A stretch of DNA of 32,000 bases from the NCBI GenBank assembly GCA_042850255.1, contig AP031373.1:330001-362000 (forward strand), in the 5' to 3' direction. Position 1 is the first letter of the stretch. Each line of letters opens with the position of its first letter. The DNA comes from Nanobdellota archaeon. Its GTDB lineage: Archaea > Nanobdellota > Nanobdellia > Nanobdellales > Nanobdellaceae. This document shows positions 16,621 through 26,115 of the stretch, in pieces. A program made the translations under genes and the position numbers. The notes beneath the pieces are model-generated. The model did no database searches. It had not been told where the DNA came from and saw only the letters and a list, made by a program, of their open reading frames with translations.

Positions 16621-17188
16621 TTTTATAAAATTTTTCTATTCTTTTCCTTACAATACTTAATTTTTCATTTGCTTCATTAATCAACTCCTTAAAATAATAT
16701 TTATCTATTAATAATTTTTTATTTTTAGATACTAAAGTTTCTATTTTTTCATTTCCAACTATTTCTACCATAATTCTATCTTTTGATATTAAAAATATCC
16801 CAGAATGCTTAAATCCGGCTTTTCTAGCTAGTTCTAATATTTCATAACCTTTTTCTAAATTTATTGAAGAAATATGTAAAATAAATGGTTCTTGTTTGAA
16901 ATATATTTTTTCATCATATAATTTATATACTTCTAATAATTTATCCCAAATATAATAAAAATTTACTGGATAATGGGATTTAAACAAAAAATCTGCCTCA
17001 AATTTTTTCCCAGATTTAGGTATTTTTAATAATATTATTCTCCCTGCACAAGATGATGTTGTAAAGAAATAATTTAACGAATTAATATAATCTAATAAAT
17101 AATATATAGGTTGATCTGCTAAATAATTTTCCTTTGCTTCTTTCAATTTATTCATGTGATATATTTTTAATTTATCAAAGTTATTCAT
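16592..17188 (-). CDS. taw3: tRNA wyosine-derivative methyltransferase Taw3 (TYW3 family)
   Basis: The motif FFTTSSCAGRIILL matches the TYW3/Taw3 signature (S/T)xSSCxGR. The ~198 aa length is typical. Confidence 0.7.
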   Translation of the reverse strand: MNNFDKLKIYHMNKLKEAKENYLADQPIYYLLDYINSLNYFFTTSSCAGRIILLKIPKSGKKFEADFLFKSHYPVNFYYIWDKLLEVYKLYDEKIYFKQEPFILHISSINLEKGYEILELARKAGFKHSGIFLISKDRIMVEIVGNEKIETLVSKNKKLLIDKYYFKELINEANEKLSIVRKRIEKFYKIIVNYYRNY

Positions 17189-17193
17189 ATTAT

Positions 17194-17667
17194 ATGGATA
17201 AGGAGAAAATAATATTAAATATATTATTCCTTATAATGGTAATACCTATGATATATCTAATATATTATTCTTATACAACATTCTTTAAGAAACAAAATAC
17301 TGTAAATCCATCAAATCCTTATAATTTATATATATCAGATTTTTCAGTTAATGGAGATTCTTTTTCATTTTATGTAACAAATCCATCAAATTATACATTA
17401 CAGTTATATTTTACATATTTGGGAATAAAAAATTCATACCAATCTTCTTCAATAATTGTTGATGCTCCATTTATTAATAATGTCTATTATTTAAAACCAG
17501 ATGAAAAAGTATATATAAATTATGATTTTTCAATAGATGAAGATACAAGAACTGTGATATTACAATGGGAAAGATTAGGAGGTTATTTATATCTATCCTT
17601 ATATTATCAAACAATAGGAAATAATTCTGTAAATGGAATAATAAACTATGAAATAGAAAAAAGTTAG
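17194..17667 (+). CDS. N-terminally anchored hypothetical protein (157 aa from Met at 17194)
   Basis: The track ORF starts at 17134 but would overlap the taw3 start by 55 nt. The in-frame ATG at 17194 gives MDKEKIILNILFLIMVIPMIYLIYYSY, followed by a beta-rich polar domain. Confidence 0.6.
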   Translation: MDKEKIILNILFLIMVIPMIYLIYYSYTTFFKKQNTVNPSNPYNLYISDFSVNGDSFSFYVTNPSNYTLQLYFTYLGIKNSYQSSSIIVDAPFINNVYYLKPDEKVYINYDFSIDEDTRTVILQWERLGGYLYLSLYYQTIGNNSVNGIINYEIEKS

Positions 17668-18851
17668 ACTTTATCTAAATCGCTTATTGTATATATCTTT
17701 ACTTTATTGCTAGATTTCTGTATAGAATCTATACAAATTACATATTTTATATTAGTATTTCTTTCTATTAGTTCTAATAATTCTCTAGTTAATATACCAT
17801 CCATTACTAAATAAGATATATTCTGACTTTTCATTAATACTTCATCCAATTTTTCCACTGGTACCTTATTTATAACATTTAAATTATCATCTAATAACAC
17901 TGCTTGATCTGTTTTAAATACATTTTCCATATGTGTCTTTAATTTTTGTAGTACCGGATCTTTTATTTTCTTTTCTTCTCTCATAACTTTTACTTCTTCT
18001 ATAGATCCTTCTAATTTCTCATAATACATTCTTACTTGATCAAATGCAACTCTATTCTTTAAAGCTTTCATTATTTCTTTTCTAGATAATTCTTCTACTT
18101 CTTTTCCAGGATCTGGTTTTGCAACAAAGTCAATATCGACACCACTTAGCATACATTCTTTTACTAATAAATCTCCTCCTCTATCTCCATCAAAGAATGT
18201 TGTTATAATCTTTTTCTTAGATAATTCTATTACGGTTTTTGGTACATTTAATCCATTTAATGCAATTACATTTGTAATTCCATATCTTAATAAATTTAAT
18301 ACATCAGCTCTCCCTTCTACCAATATTATTTCTTCAGATCTATCTACATCAGGACCTGCAGGTAACTTTTCAGATCCATATTCTATTAATGTTTTCATAT
18401 TTTGTGAATATTCTAAATATAATAATAGTTCTTTTGGATCTGGTAATTCTTCATTAATTAATTTATTTAATAAATCTCTAGCTCTTTCCAATATATGTTG
18501 TACTTTCGTTTTTCTTACATCCTCTATTTTTTGTATCTTTATTGTTGCATGTGTTGGTCCTATTCTAGTTACAGTTTCCAATGTTGCAGCAATCAGGGAT
18601 GTTTCAAATCTATTTAAACTTGTAGGTATTCTGATTTCTCCTATAGTTTTATTGTTTTCTACTTTTAAATCTACCTCTATTCTTCCAACTTTTCCAGATC
18701 TCTGTAATTCTCTCAAATCCATTTCAGATCCTAGTAGCCCTTCTGTTTGCCCAAATATTGCTCCTATTACATCTGGTTTCTCAACTACTCCATCAATGTA
18801 TACGGACGCATGTATTATATATTTAATATAAGGAGGTGACATTTTCGCCAT
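17664..18851 (-). CDS. dnaG: Archaeal DnaG-type primase / exosome-associated TOPRIM protein
   Basis: The N-terminal YIIHASVYIDGVVEKPDVIGAIFGQTEGLLG is characteristic of archaeal DnaG. TOPRIM motifs are LVEGRADVLNL and FFDGDRGGDLL. Confidence 0.9.
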   Translation of the reverse strand: MAKMSPPYIKYIIHASVYIDGVVEKPDVIGAIFGQTEGLLGSEMDLRELQRSGKVGRIEVDLKVENNKTIGEIRIPTSLNRFETSLIAATLETVTRIGPTHATIKIQKIEDVRKTKVQHILERARDLLNKLINEELPDPKELLLYLEYSQNMKTLIEYGSEKLPAGPDVDRSEEIILVEGRADVLNLLRYGITNVIALNGLNVPKTVIELSKKKIITTFFDGDRGGDLLVKECMLSGVDIDFVAKPDPGKEVEELSRKEIMKALKNRVAFDQVRMYYEKLEGSIEEVKVMREEKKIKDPVLQKLKTHMENVFKTDQAVLLDDNLNVINKVPVEKLDEVLMKSQNISYLVMDGILTRELLELIERNTNIKYVICIDSIQKSSNKVKIYTISDLDKV

Positions 18852-18963
18852 TATTAATAATTTTTAGAAAGATATTTAATCCTACATATAAATGATAATA
18901 ATTATTCTTGAGTAGTATAAGTAAATAGATATATGTATAAATAACAGAGTTGTATAATACTCT

Positions 18964-20127
18964 ATGGCAGATATTAAGAACAAGCAAGTTGCATCAGCGA
19001 TGTCGCAGAGTGATAACAAGAAAGTGACATTTAGTGTAATAAAAGCAGATGTAGGAGGATTCCCCGGACACCATGTAGTACATCCTGTATTAGAAGAAAC
19101 GGCAGAAGGTGTTTTAGATGAGGCAGTAGGGGAAACGATATTTGATTTTGCAGTATCTCACGTAGGAGACGATTTAATTTTGATAATGTTGCATAATAAA
19201 GGAACAGATAATCCAGAAGTTCATGGATTAGCATGGAAAGTATTCCAAAAATGTACAGAAGTTGCAAAAGAAATGGGGTTATACGGTGCAGGACAGGATT
19301 TATTATCAAATGCATTCTCAGGTAACGTAAGAGGACTTGGTCCCGGAGTTGCAGAGATGTCCTTTACATTAAGACCTTCAGAACCAATAATAGTATTTGG
19401 AGCAGATAAAACAGAATCTGGAGCATTTAATTATCCATTGTATCAAATGTTTGCAAATCCATTTAATACACCAGGATTGGTAATAGATCCAGATATGCAT
19501 ATGGGATTTAGATTTGAAATATGGGACTTAATAAATCATCAAAGAGTATTTATGAGTGCTCCAGAAGAGTCATATGATATATTAGCATTAATAGGATCAA
19601 TTGAAAGGTTTGCTATAAAAAGAGTTTATCCAAAACCAGGACATAAGTGGCCTTCAGATGAGCCAGTTGCAGTTTCATCAACTGAAAGGTTATTTGAAGA
19701 AGCTGGAAGATATGTAGGAAAGGATGATCCTGTAATGGTAGTAAGGGCTCAAAATGGTTTTCCAGCAGTTGGAGAAGTATTAGAACCATTTGCATTCCCA
19801 TTTATGGTAGATGGATGGATGAGGGGATCTCATTGGGGTCCATTAATGCCAGTATCTGTTAAAATGGCTCATCCATCAAGATTTGATGGTCCACCAAGAG
19901 TTATTGCATTAGGATTCCAAGTAAAGAATGAAAAATTACATGGACCAGAAGATATGTTTGATGATCCAGCATTTGACTATGCAAGACAAAGGGCAAACGA
20001 TATAGCAGATTATATGAGGAGACATGGACCATTCGAGCCTCATAGAGTATCATATGAAGATTTAGAGTATACAACTATACCAGCTATATTAGAAAAGTTA
20101 AAGAACAGGTTCGAAAAGTTACCATAG
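18964..20127 (+). CDS. fbp: Fructose-1,6-bisphosphate aldolase/phosphatase (class V FBPase)
   Basis: The N-terminal SVIKADVGGFPGHHVVHP is present and conservation is strong throughout. The ~387 aa length is typical of the archaeal bifunctional enzyme. Confidence 0.9.
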   Translation: MADIKNKQVASAMSQSDNKKVTFSVIKADVGGFPGHHVVHPVLEETAEGVLDEAVGETIFDFAVSHVGDDLILIMLHNKGTDNPEVHGLAWKVFQKCTEVAKEMGLYGAGQDLLSNAFSGNVRGLGPGVAEMSFTLRPSEPIIVFGADKTESGAFNYPLYQMFANPFNTPGLVIDPDMHMGFRFEIWDLINHQRVFMSAPEESYDILALIGSIERFAIKRVYPKPGHKWPSDEPVAVSSTERLFEEAGRYVGKDDPVMVVRAQNGFPAVGEVLEPFAFPFMVDGWMRGSHWGPLMPVSVKMAHPSRFDGPPRVIALGFQVKNEKLHGPEDMFDDPAFDYARQRANDIADYMRRHGPFEPHRVSYEDLEYTTIPAILEKLKNRFEKLP

Positions 20128-20171
20128 TTTTTAATATTATTTTTTAAATATTTCTTTCTTTTAATAATTAC

Positions 20172-20486
20172 ATGGGTCTAGAATATATATATGCGGTATG
20201 GTTATTGCATGAAGCAAAGCAAGAAATAAATGCAGATAATATAAAGAAAGTATTAACTTCTGTAGGTATAGAACCAAATGATGCAATGATAAATGCTGTA
20301 CTAGCAAGTTTACAAGGAGTGGATTTAGAAAAGGTAAAAGAGGAAGCATTAGCTACAGGAACAGTGGTAGCACAACCTGTACAAGCACAACAGCCTTCTC
20401 AACAGGAAAAGAAAGAGGAAAAGAAGGAAGAAGAAAAGAAAGAAGAGCAAGCATTAGAAGGTTTATCATCACTATTTGGCTTCTAA
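20172..20486 (+). CDS. rpl12: 50S ribosomal stalk protein P1 (L12e)
   Basis: LEYIYAVWLLHEAKQEINADNIKKVL is followed by a Lys/Glu-rich hinge and the conserved C-terminal LEGLSSLFGF. Confidence 0.9.
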   Translation: MGLEYIYAVWLLHEAKQEINADNIKKVLTSVGIEPNDAMINAVLASLQGVDLEKVKEEALATGTVVAQPVQAQQPSQQEKKEEKKEEEKKEEQALEGLSSLFGF

Positions 20487-20520
20487 AATTTATAAATTTT
20501 TATATACATTTTAATTTAAG

Positions 20521-21381
20521 GTGAATGAAACTGATAAAACCTATAGAAGTATTATCAACATTAAGAGAGAATTAATTAAGCTTGGGGAAGAAAAAGAACA
20601 TTTATATTCTAGAAAGAAAGTTTTATATAATGAAAGGAAGCAATTGTTACAACAATTAAGGGAATTAAGGAAAAAGAAAGAAGAATATAGTAAAATTTTG
20701 GATAATTTGATGGAAGAAAGACAAAAGACATTGGAAAAGTTGGAAGAGTTAAAAAAGAAATTGGAAGAGATAAAACAAAAGAGAAAAGATGTTTTTAAGA
20801 ATAAAGATGTTGTAAAAGATATAAATAAATATAAAAAAGAATTGGAAACATTGGAATATGTTTTACAAACGGAAATATTATCATATTCACAAGAAAAAAA
20901 GATATGGAATAGAATAAAATATTTAAGGAAATTATTGGGAAAATATGAAGAAATTTCAACTGTTTTGGAAGAAATAGATAAATTAAGACAAGAATATAAT
21001 GCTTATAGATCTAAATTATCAATTATTGGACAAAATATTAGAAAAAATATTGATGAAAGAAAAGTTGTAAAAGAGCAAATAAAGAATATTAAAGAAAGAT
21101 TAACTTCTATTGTAAATGAATATAACACTATAAAACAACAAATAACTGAAATAAAAGAAAAAATAAAAACATTAGAAGATAAATTAAAGGATGAATTAGA
21201 AAAATATGTAAATCAATTATCACAAAAACAACCTATGGAAATATCTAGTGAAGAGAAGAATAAAATTATAGAAGAATATTCTAAGATACAAGAAAAAATT
21301 GTTAATGGAGGGGAATTATCTATGGACGATATTTTGGTTATGCAAAAATATGAATTATTAAAGAAGAAGGGTGCAATCTGA
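20521..21381 (+). CDS. Coiled-coil protein (archaeal COG1340-like), apparent GTG start
   Basis: A 286 aa protein, Lys/Glu/Leu-rich with a heptad-like character throughout. It starts at GTG 20521 with no in-frame ATG nearby. Its 3' end overlaps the alaS start by 11 nt. Confidence 0.55.
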   Translation: MNETDKTYRSIINIKRELIKLGEEKEHLYSRKKVLYNERKQLLQQLRELRKKKEEYSKILDNLMEERQKTLEKLEELKKKLEEIKQKRKDVFKNKDVVKDINKYKKELETLEYVLQTEILSYSQEKKIWNRIKYLRKLLGKYEEISTVLEEIDKLRQEYNAYRSKLSIIGQNIRKNIDERKVVKEQIKNIKERLTSIVNEYNTIKQQITEIKEKIKTLEDKLKDELEKYVNQLSQKQPMEISSEEKNKIIEEYSKIQEKIVNGGELSMDDILVMQKYELLKKKGAI

Positions 21382-23980
21382 TCTAGAAAAATTATATCCT
21401 ATAAAAGCATTACAATCATTAAATCTAGTTAGAAAAAAATGTAAAATATGTGGTAGATATTTTTGGACATTTGATAAAAATAGAGAGGTTTGTGGTGATC
21501 ATGAAAAATACGGATTTATAAAAAATCCAATAGGAAAAAAATTATCCTATAGAGAAGTTTGGAAAAGTATAGAAAAATATTTTAGTTCTAAAGGATATTT
21601 ACCTATAAATAGATATCCTGTAGTTGCTAGGTGGAGAGATGATATAGATTTTGTGATTGCATCAATTGCAGATTTTCAACCATGGGTTGTAGAAGGTTAC
21701 GTAGATCCTCCTTCTAAAAAATTAGTAGTTCCTCAATTTTGTTTAAGATTTAATGATGTTCAAAATGTAGGATTAACAGGAAGGCATTATACAGGTTTTG
21801 TTATGATTGGACAACACGCATTTGTAAAACCTGACGAATACGATATGAATAATTATTTTTTAGACTTATATTACTGGTTTGAGGAAAATAAATTTCCAAT
21901 GGAAGAATTTATATTCCATGAAGATAAATGGGAAGGTGGAGGAAATGGAGGTACTTCTATAGAATTTTTTATTAGAGGATTAGAAGTTGCTAATCAAGTA
22001 TATATGCAATATAAAATAATTAATGATCAATGGAAGGAATTGGAAAAATTAAAAGTATTAGATATGGGAATGGGGCAAGAAAGAGTTGCTTGGGTTACAA
22101 ATGGTACAAATACATCTTATGATATTGTATTTCCAAATACAATTAAATTTTTATTAAATAATTTAAAATATGAAATAGATTATAATGTTTTAGATAAAAT
22201 TTCTATGTATTCTTCATTATTTGATTTCGAAAATAATGATATAAAAGATTTTGAAGAATTTTTAAGAAAAAATAATATAGAACCTGGAAATAATGTTGAA
22301 ATAATGAGAGCGATTTATTCAATTTCCGATCATATAAGAACATTATATATCGCAATATCTGATGGTGCGCTACCTTCAAATATTGGTGGAAATTATAATT
22401 TAAGATTAATTGCTAGAAGAATGTTTTACTTTATTGATAAATATTTTAATGTAAATAATATTGATGAATTCCTAAAAGAATTATTGAATAATATATCTAA
22501 AGATTGGTATGAAGAAAAATTAAAGGAAAATATTGAAGAAATAATGGAAATATTGTTATATGAATATCAAAAATATTTGGAAGTAAAAAAGAATGCTCAA
22601 AGAATATTAAATAATATAAAAAATGTTGATACTAAAAAAATATTTGAATTATATACATCTCAAGGAATTTCTTTAGATATAATAAAAGATATAAATCCAA
22701 ATATAAATATAAATAAAGAAGAATTAGAAAAATTAATAAAAGAACATAAAGAAAAATCAAAAAAAGAAAAAGAAGAAAATAAACTGAATATTGAAGTAAA
22801 TTATCCAGAAACTTATAGGTCTTTTTATGAATCTTGGAGAAAATATTATGAAGTTGGAAAAATAATTGGAAAAGTAAATGAATATTTAGTATTTGATAAA
22901 ACGGTATTTTTCCCAACAAAAGGTGGTCAAATACATGATACTGGATATATATTTAATTTAGATGAAATAGAAAATTATTCCGAAGAAGTATTATATAAAT
23001 ATGATTTTCCAGATTATGTAAAAGAAGTATTAATTAATTATTTAAATGGTGATAAAATTGAAGGATTTGAAAATTATTTTGCAAGAGTAATAGATGTAAT
23101 AGAAGTTGGAAAAGTAATATTACATAAAGTTGATAAAAATATTAATTGGGATGGAAATATATTACAAATAGTAGATAAAGATAGAAGATATAGAATTTCT
23201 AGACATCATACTGCTACTCATATTTTAACATCTGTATTAAGGAAAATATATGGAAAACATATTTGGCAAGCTGGAGCAGAAAAAGATGAATATGAGGGAA
23301 GGTTAGATGTAACCCATTATAAAGTTCCCACATATGAAGAAATAAAATTAATAGAAAAAGAAGCAAATAAAATTATATTAGAAGGAATGCCAATATATAA
23401 ATTTTATTTAAAAAGAAATGAGGCGGAAAGTAAATATGGATTTATAATTTATCAGGGAGGATTTATACCTGAAGTAAATTTAAGGATAGTAAGAATAGGG
23501 GAAGAAAATAAAACTGTAGATGTTGAAGCATGTTCAGGTACTCATTTAGATAATACATTAGAAGTAGGATTAATAAAAATAAAGTCTGTAGAAAAAATTG
23601 CAGATGGATTAATAAGATTTAGATTTGTTGCTGGAGATAGAATAATAGAAGAATTTGAAAATATTGAAGAAAAAATAAATGAAATAAAAAATAAATATGG
23701 TATAGACATAAATAATTTATTAAATTATATTGATAAAATAAATAAGGAAAGGGAGGATAATTATAAAAAATTAAATAATTTAATAGAAGAACTTATTAAA
23801 AATAATATAAAAGATGGAAAATTAGTTGGGGAAATAAATTTAGAAATTTCAGATGTAATAAAATATGTATTAAAATATAAAAATATGGTAAATGAAATAG
23901 AATTAAAATGTAAAGATGGAATAATAAGTTCTAAGGAAGGGGAAAAGAAAGTAGATAAATTTTATATTAAAAAATCCTAA
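21371..23980 (+). CDS. alaS: Alanine--tRNA ligase, single contiguous gene, apparent GTG start
   Basis: The archaeal-type N-terminus is CKICGRYFWTF...CGD. The class II core is present. Editing-domain zinc motifs are HHTATH (HxxxH) and CSGTH (CxxxH). Confidence 0.9.
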   Translation: MQSDLEKLYPIKALQSLNLVRKKCKICGRYFWTFDKNREVCGDHEKYGFIKNPIGKKLSYREVWKSIEKYFSSKGYLPINRYPVVARWRDDIDFVIASIADFQPWVVEGYVDPPSKKLVVPQFCLRFNDVQNVGLTGRHYTGFVMIGQHAFVKPDEYDMNNYFLDLYYWFEENKFPMEEFIFHEDKWEGGGNGGTSIEFFIRGLEVANQVYMQYKIINDQWKELEKLKVLDMGMGQERVAWVTNGTNTSYDIVFPNTIKFLLNNLKYEIDYNVLDKISMYSSLFDFENNDIKDFEEFLRKNNIEPGNNVEIMRAIYSISDHIRTLYIAISDGALPSNIGGNYNLRLIARRMFYFIDKYFNVNNIDEFLKELLNNISKDWYEEKLKENIEEIMEILLYEYQKYLEVKKNAQRILNNIKNVDTKKIFELYTSQGISLDIIKDINPNININKEELEKLIKEHKEKSKKEKEENKLNIEVNYPETYRSFYESWRKYYEVGKIIGKVNEYLVFDKTVFFPTKGGQIHDTGYIFNLDEIENYSEEVLYKYDFPDYVKEVLINYLNGDKIEGFENYFARVIDVIEVGKVILHKVDKNINWDGNILQIVDKDRRYRISRHHTATHILTSVLRKIYGKHIWQAGAEKDEYEGRLDVTHYKVPTYEEIKLIEKEANKIILEGMPIYKFYLKRNEAESKYGFIIYQGGFIPEVNLRIVRIGEENKTVDVEACSGTHLDNTLEVGLIKIKSVEKIADGLIRFRFVAGDRIIEEFENIEEKINEIKNKYGIDINNLLNYIDKINKEREDNYKKLNNLIEELIKNNIKDGKLVGEINLEISDVIKYVLKYKNMVNEIELKCKDGIISSKEGEKKVDKFYIKKS

Positions 23981-25395
23981 GAATAATCTTCTTTTATTAA
24001 ATCTTCCAAAAATTTATACCAATATTTTTCAGATTTTCTATTTAAAAACCTATAATTAATATACAAAAATATCAATAATAGAATAATAAAAGATAAGGTA
24101 GAATAAAGTATATTATTAATAAATAATGGGATTAATGATATAAAAATAAATATAGATAATATTATTATCATTAAAAATTGTTTGAAATCTAATCTTGTAA
24201 ATTGTCTATCATAAATAAATCCTTTGTATTGTGGATTTAATTTACCTACATAGTACCAGGATGGAATTACTATTATTATAGGTAACAAAATCAATGAATA
24301 TATTGAAAATAGGAATAAATAAGATTTTTTAATTAAAAATAATAAAAATAAAATTATTAACCATGGAAAAATTATTTTATAACTATTTATCATTCTTAAT
24401 TTCATTTTTTTAATTATATAATTTAAAAAATAATAATTACCTGCATTTATCCATAATCTTTCAAATCCTATTGACATTTCTAATCCTACAGAAATTGTAT
24501 ATAATAGAAGGAAGAAGGAATAATAATATAAATAGGAAGTTTTTAAATAATATAAGAAAAATATAAATGAAAATATTAAAGAAAAAATAATTAATCTATT
24601 TATATAAATATTTGACATTTCTTTTATTGGGTCTTTCTTAAATATAGATTCTTTCTTTTTAAATAGATCTGGAACTTCTTCTGAATATATAGTATAAGCA
24701 TTTAAATAAAATTCTGTAAAACTTTTTCTAGATAATAAATAAATTAATAATAAATAAAGAATTAAAAATATTGTAGAATAATATCTAGAGAAGAATATAT
24801 TTATTTCTGGAGGGTAAAATAAATTTATGAGTAATAATATTATTAATGGTAAAGAATAAATAACTTTTTTAATAATATTTTCTGGTAAATATGTTATAAA
24901 AGATACTAAAAATGAAAATATGAAAGAATTAATTAGAGTAAAAATAATTATATAAATTGTTAGGTGGTGATAATAAAATAAAAAATATATATAAGATAAG
25001 AAAAATGGTAAAATTATAAAATAAATAAAAAATAAGAAGGATAAAGATTTATATAAAATATATCTTTTTATATTAAAATCAGAAGATAATATAAAATCAA
25101 TTTCAGATTTGGAATATGTAATATTTCCATATAAATTTATTTTGGAATTTCCAGTATATATTCTTAATATTATTACAAATATATTTGTTAAAATTAAGAT
25201 AAAAGACATCCATAGTATAGAGCCTAGAGTAGAATATGTAAATAAAAAATTAAAATAATTGATTGGTGTTAATTTTATTAAAGAAAAATAAATAAAAGAT
25301 AAAAATGGGAAATAAACTAAAATAAAATATAAAATAATATATATTAAAATTTGTCCTCTACTATACATATCCTTAAATATATATTTTAATATCAT
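23977..25395 (-). CDS. Polytopic membrane protein, probable ABC-2-type permease partner
   Basis: A 472 aa protein with about 10 or more hydrophobic helices. An ATGA overlap (25392-25395) couples it to the upstream ABC ATPase gene. Confidence 0.55.
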   Translation of the reverse strand: MILKYIFKDMYSRGQILIYIILYFILVYFPFLSFIYFSLIKLTPINYFNFLFTYSTLGSILWMSFILILTNIFVIILRIYTGNSKINLYGNITYSKSEIDFILSSDFNIKRYILYKSLSFLFFIYFIILPFFLSYIYFLFYYHHLTIYIIIFTLINSFIFSFLVSFITYLPENIIKKVIYSLPLIILLLINLFYPPEINIFFSRYYSTIFLILYLLLIYLLSRKSFTEFYLNAYTIYSEEVPDLFKKKESIFKKDPIKEMSNIYINRLIIFSLIFSFIFFLYYLKTSYLYYYSFFLLLYTISVGLEMSIGFERLWINAGNYYFLNYIIKKMKLRMINSYKIIFPWLIILFLLFLIKKSYLFLFSIYSLILLPIIIVIPSWYYVGKLNPQYKGFIYDRQFTRLDFKQFLMIIILSIFIFISLIPLFINNILYSTLSFIILLLIFLYINYRFLNRKSEKYWYKFLEDLIKEDYS

Positions 25396-26084
25396 TTCAA
25401 TAATTTTAATATATTTTCTTCTAACTTTCCGTTTTCTTCTAATTTTCTAATATTATCATTATATAGTATCTTTCCCTTATTTATTATAATTATATTATCT
25501 CCTAGTTTCTCTGCAATACTAATTATGTGAGTAGAAATTAACTTAGTATTTTTTATGTTTTTTAATAATTCTATTATTTTATGTTGGGATTCTATATCTA
25601 AATAATTTAATGGTTCATCCAATAATAATATTTCAGGATCAAATAATAATACCATTGATAATGCTAATTTTTGTCTATTTCCTCTGGATAAATTTATAGC
25701 TCTATAATTTTCATATTTTTTTAAATCAAAATAATCTAAATAAAAATCTATTTTATTATATAAGTCTTTTACATTTCTTAATAATCCTATATATTCTAGA
25801 TTTTCCCTTACTGATAAATTAATAAATGGTATAGGATCCTCTGGTAAGTATCCTACATATTTTTTAGCTTTTTCAGGTTCTTCAAATAGATCAATATTTT
25901 TAATATATACTTTACCTGTATCTGGTTTTAATAATCCTGATAATATTCTTAAAGTAGTTGTTTTACCTGCACCATTTGGTCCTATTAAGCATGTAGTTTT
26001 ATTTTCTTCTATTCCAAAAGAAATATTATCCAAAACCTTTATTTTACCATAACTTTTTGATACATTCTCTACTTCAATTATCAT
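25392..26084 (-). CDS. ABC transporter ATP-binding protein (ABC-2 / CcmA-like)
   Basis: Motifs present: Walker A GPNGAGKTT, signature variant LSRGNRQKL, Walker B ILLLDEP and H-loop STHI. Confidence 0.85.
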   Translation of the reverse strand: MIIEVENVSKSYGKIKVLDNISFGIEENKTTCLIGPNGAGKTTTLRILSGLLKPDTGKVYIKNIDLFEEPEKAKKYVGYLPEDPIPFINLSVRENLEYIGLLRNVKDLYNKIDFYLDYFDLKKYENYRAINLSRGNRQKLALSMVLLFDPEILLLDEPLNYLDIESQHKIIELLKNIKNTKLISTHIISIAEKLGDNIIIINKGKILYNDNIRKLEENGKLEENILKLLK

Positions 26085-26115
26085 TAAAAAATATATTTTT
26101 TTGAAAAATAAAAAA

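Noticed and set aside
17134-17193. N-terminal 20-codon extension of ORF 17134..17667
   Set aside because: It would overlap the taw3 start region by 55 nt and encodes MLLSIYSCDIFLIYQSYSYY with no signal-like logic. The in-frame ATG at 17194 gives a clean polar N-terminus plus TM helix.
19031-19801. Minus-strand ORFs 19031..19315 and 19613..19801 inside fbp
   Set aside because: They are antisense to a highly conserved gene. The Leu/His-rich products look like artefacts of the locally higher G+C, which depletes stop codons.
20161-20349. Minus-strand 62-aa ORF overlapping the P1 stalk protein gene
   Set aside because: It is antisense to a clearly identified ribosomal protein gene and gives a Leu/His-rich low-complexity product.
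18964-20486. Higher G+C of fbp and the P1 gene as evidence for a horizontally acquired island
   Set aside because: Other strongly conserved genes here (dnaG, tRNAs) are also G+C-richer than the lineage-specific genes. Amino-acid constraint on conserved proteins explains the shift without invoking transfer. Phylogeny would be needed.
22632-22919. Minus-strand 95-aa ORF inside alaS
   Set aside because: It is antisense to the Lys/Glu-rich linker of alaS. The product is a Leu/Phe/Tyr repeat-like string.
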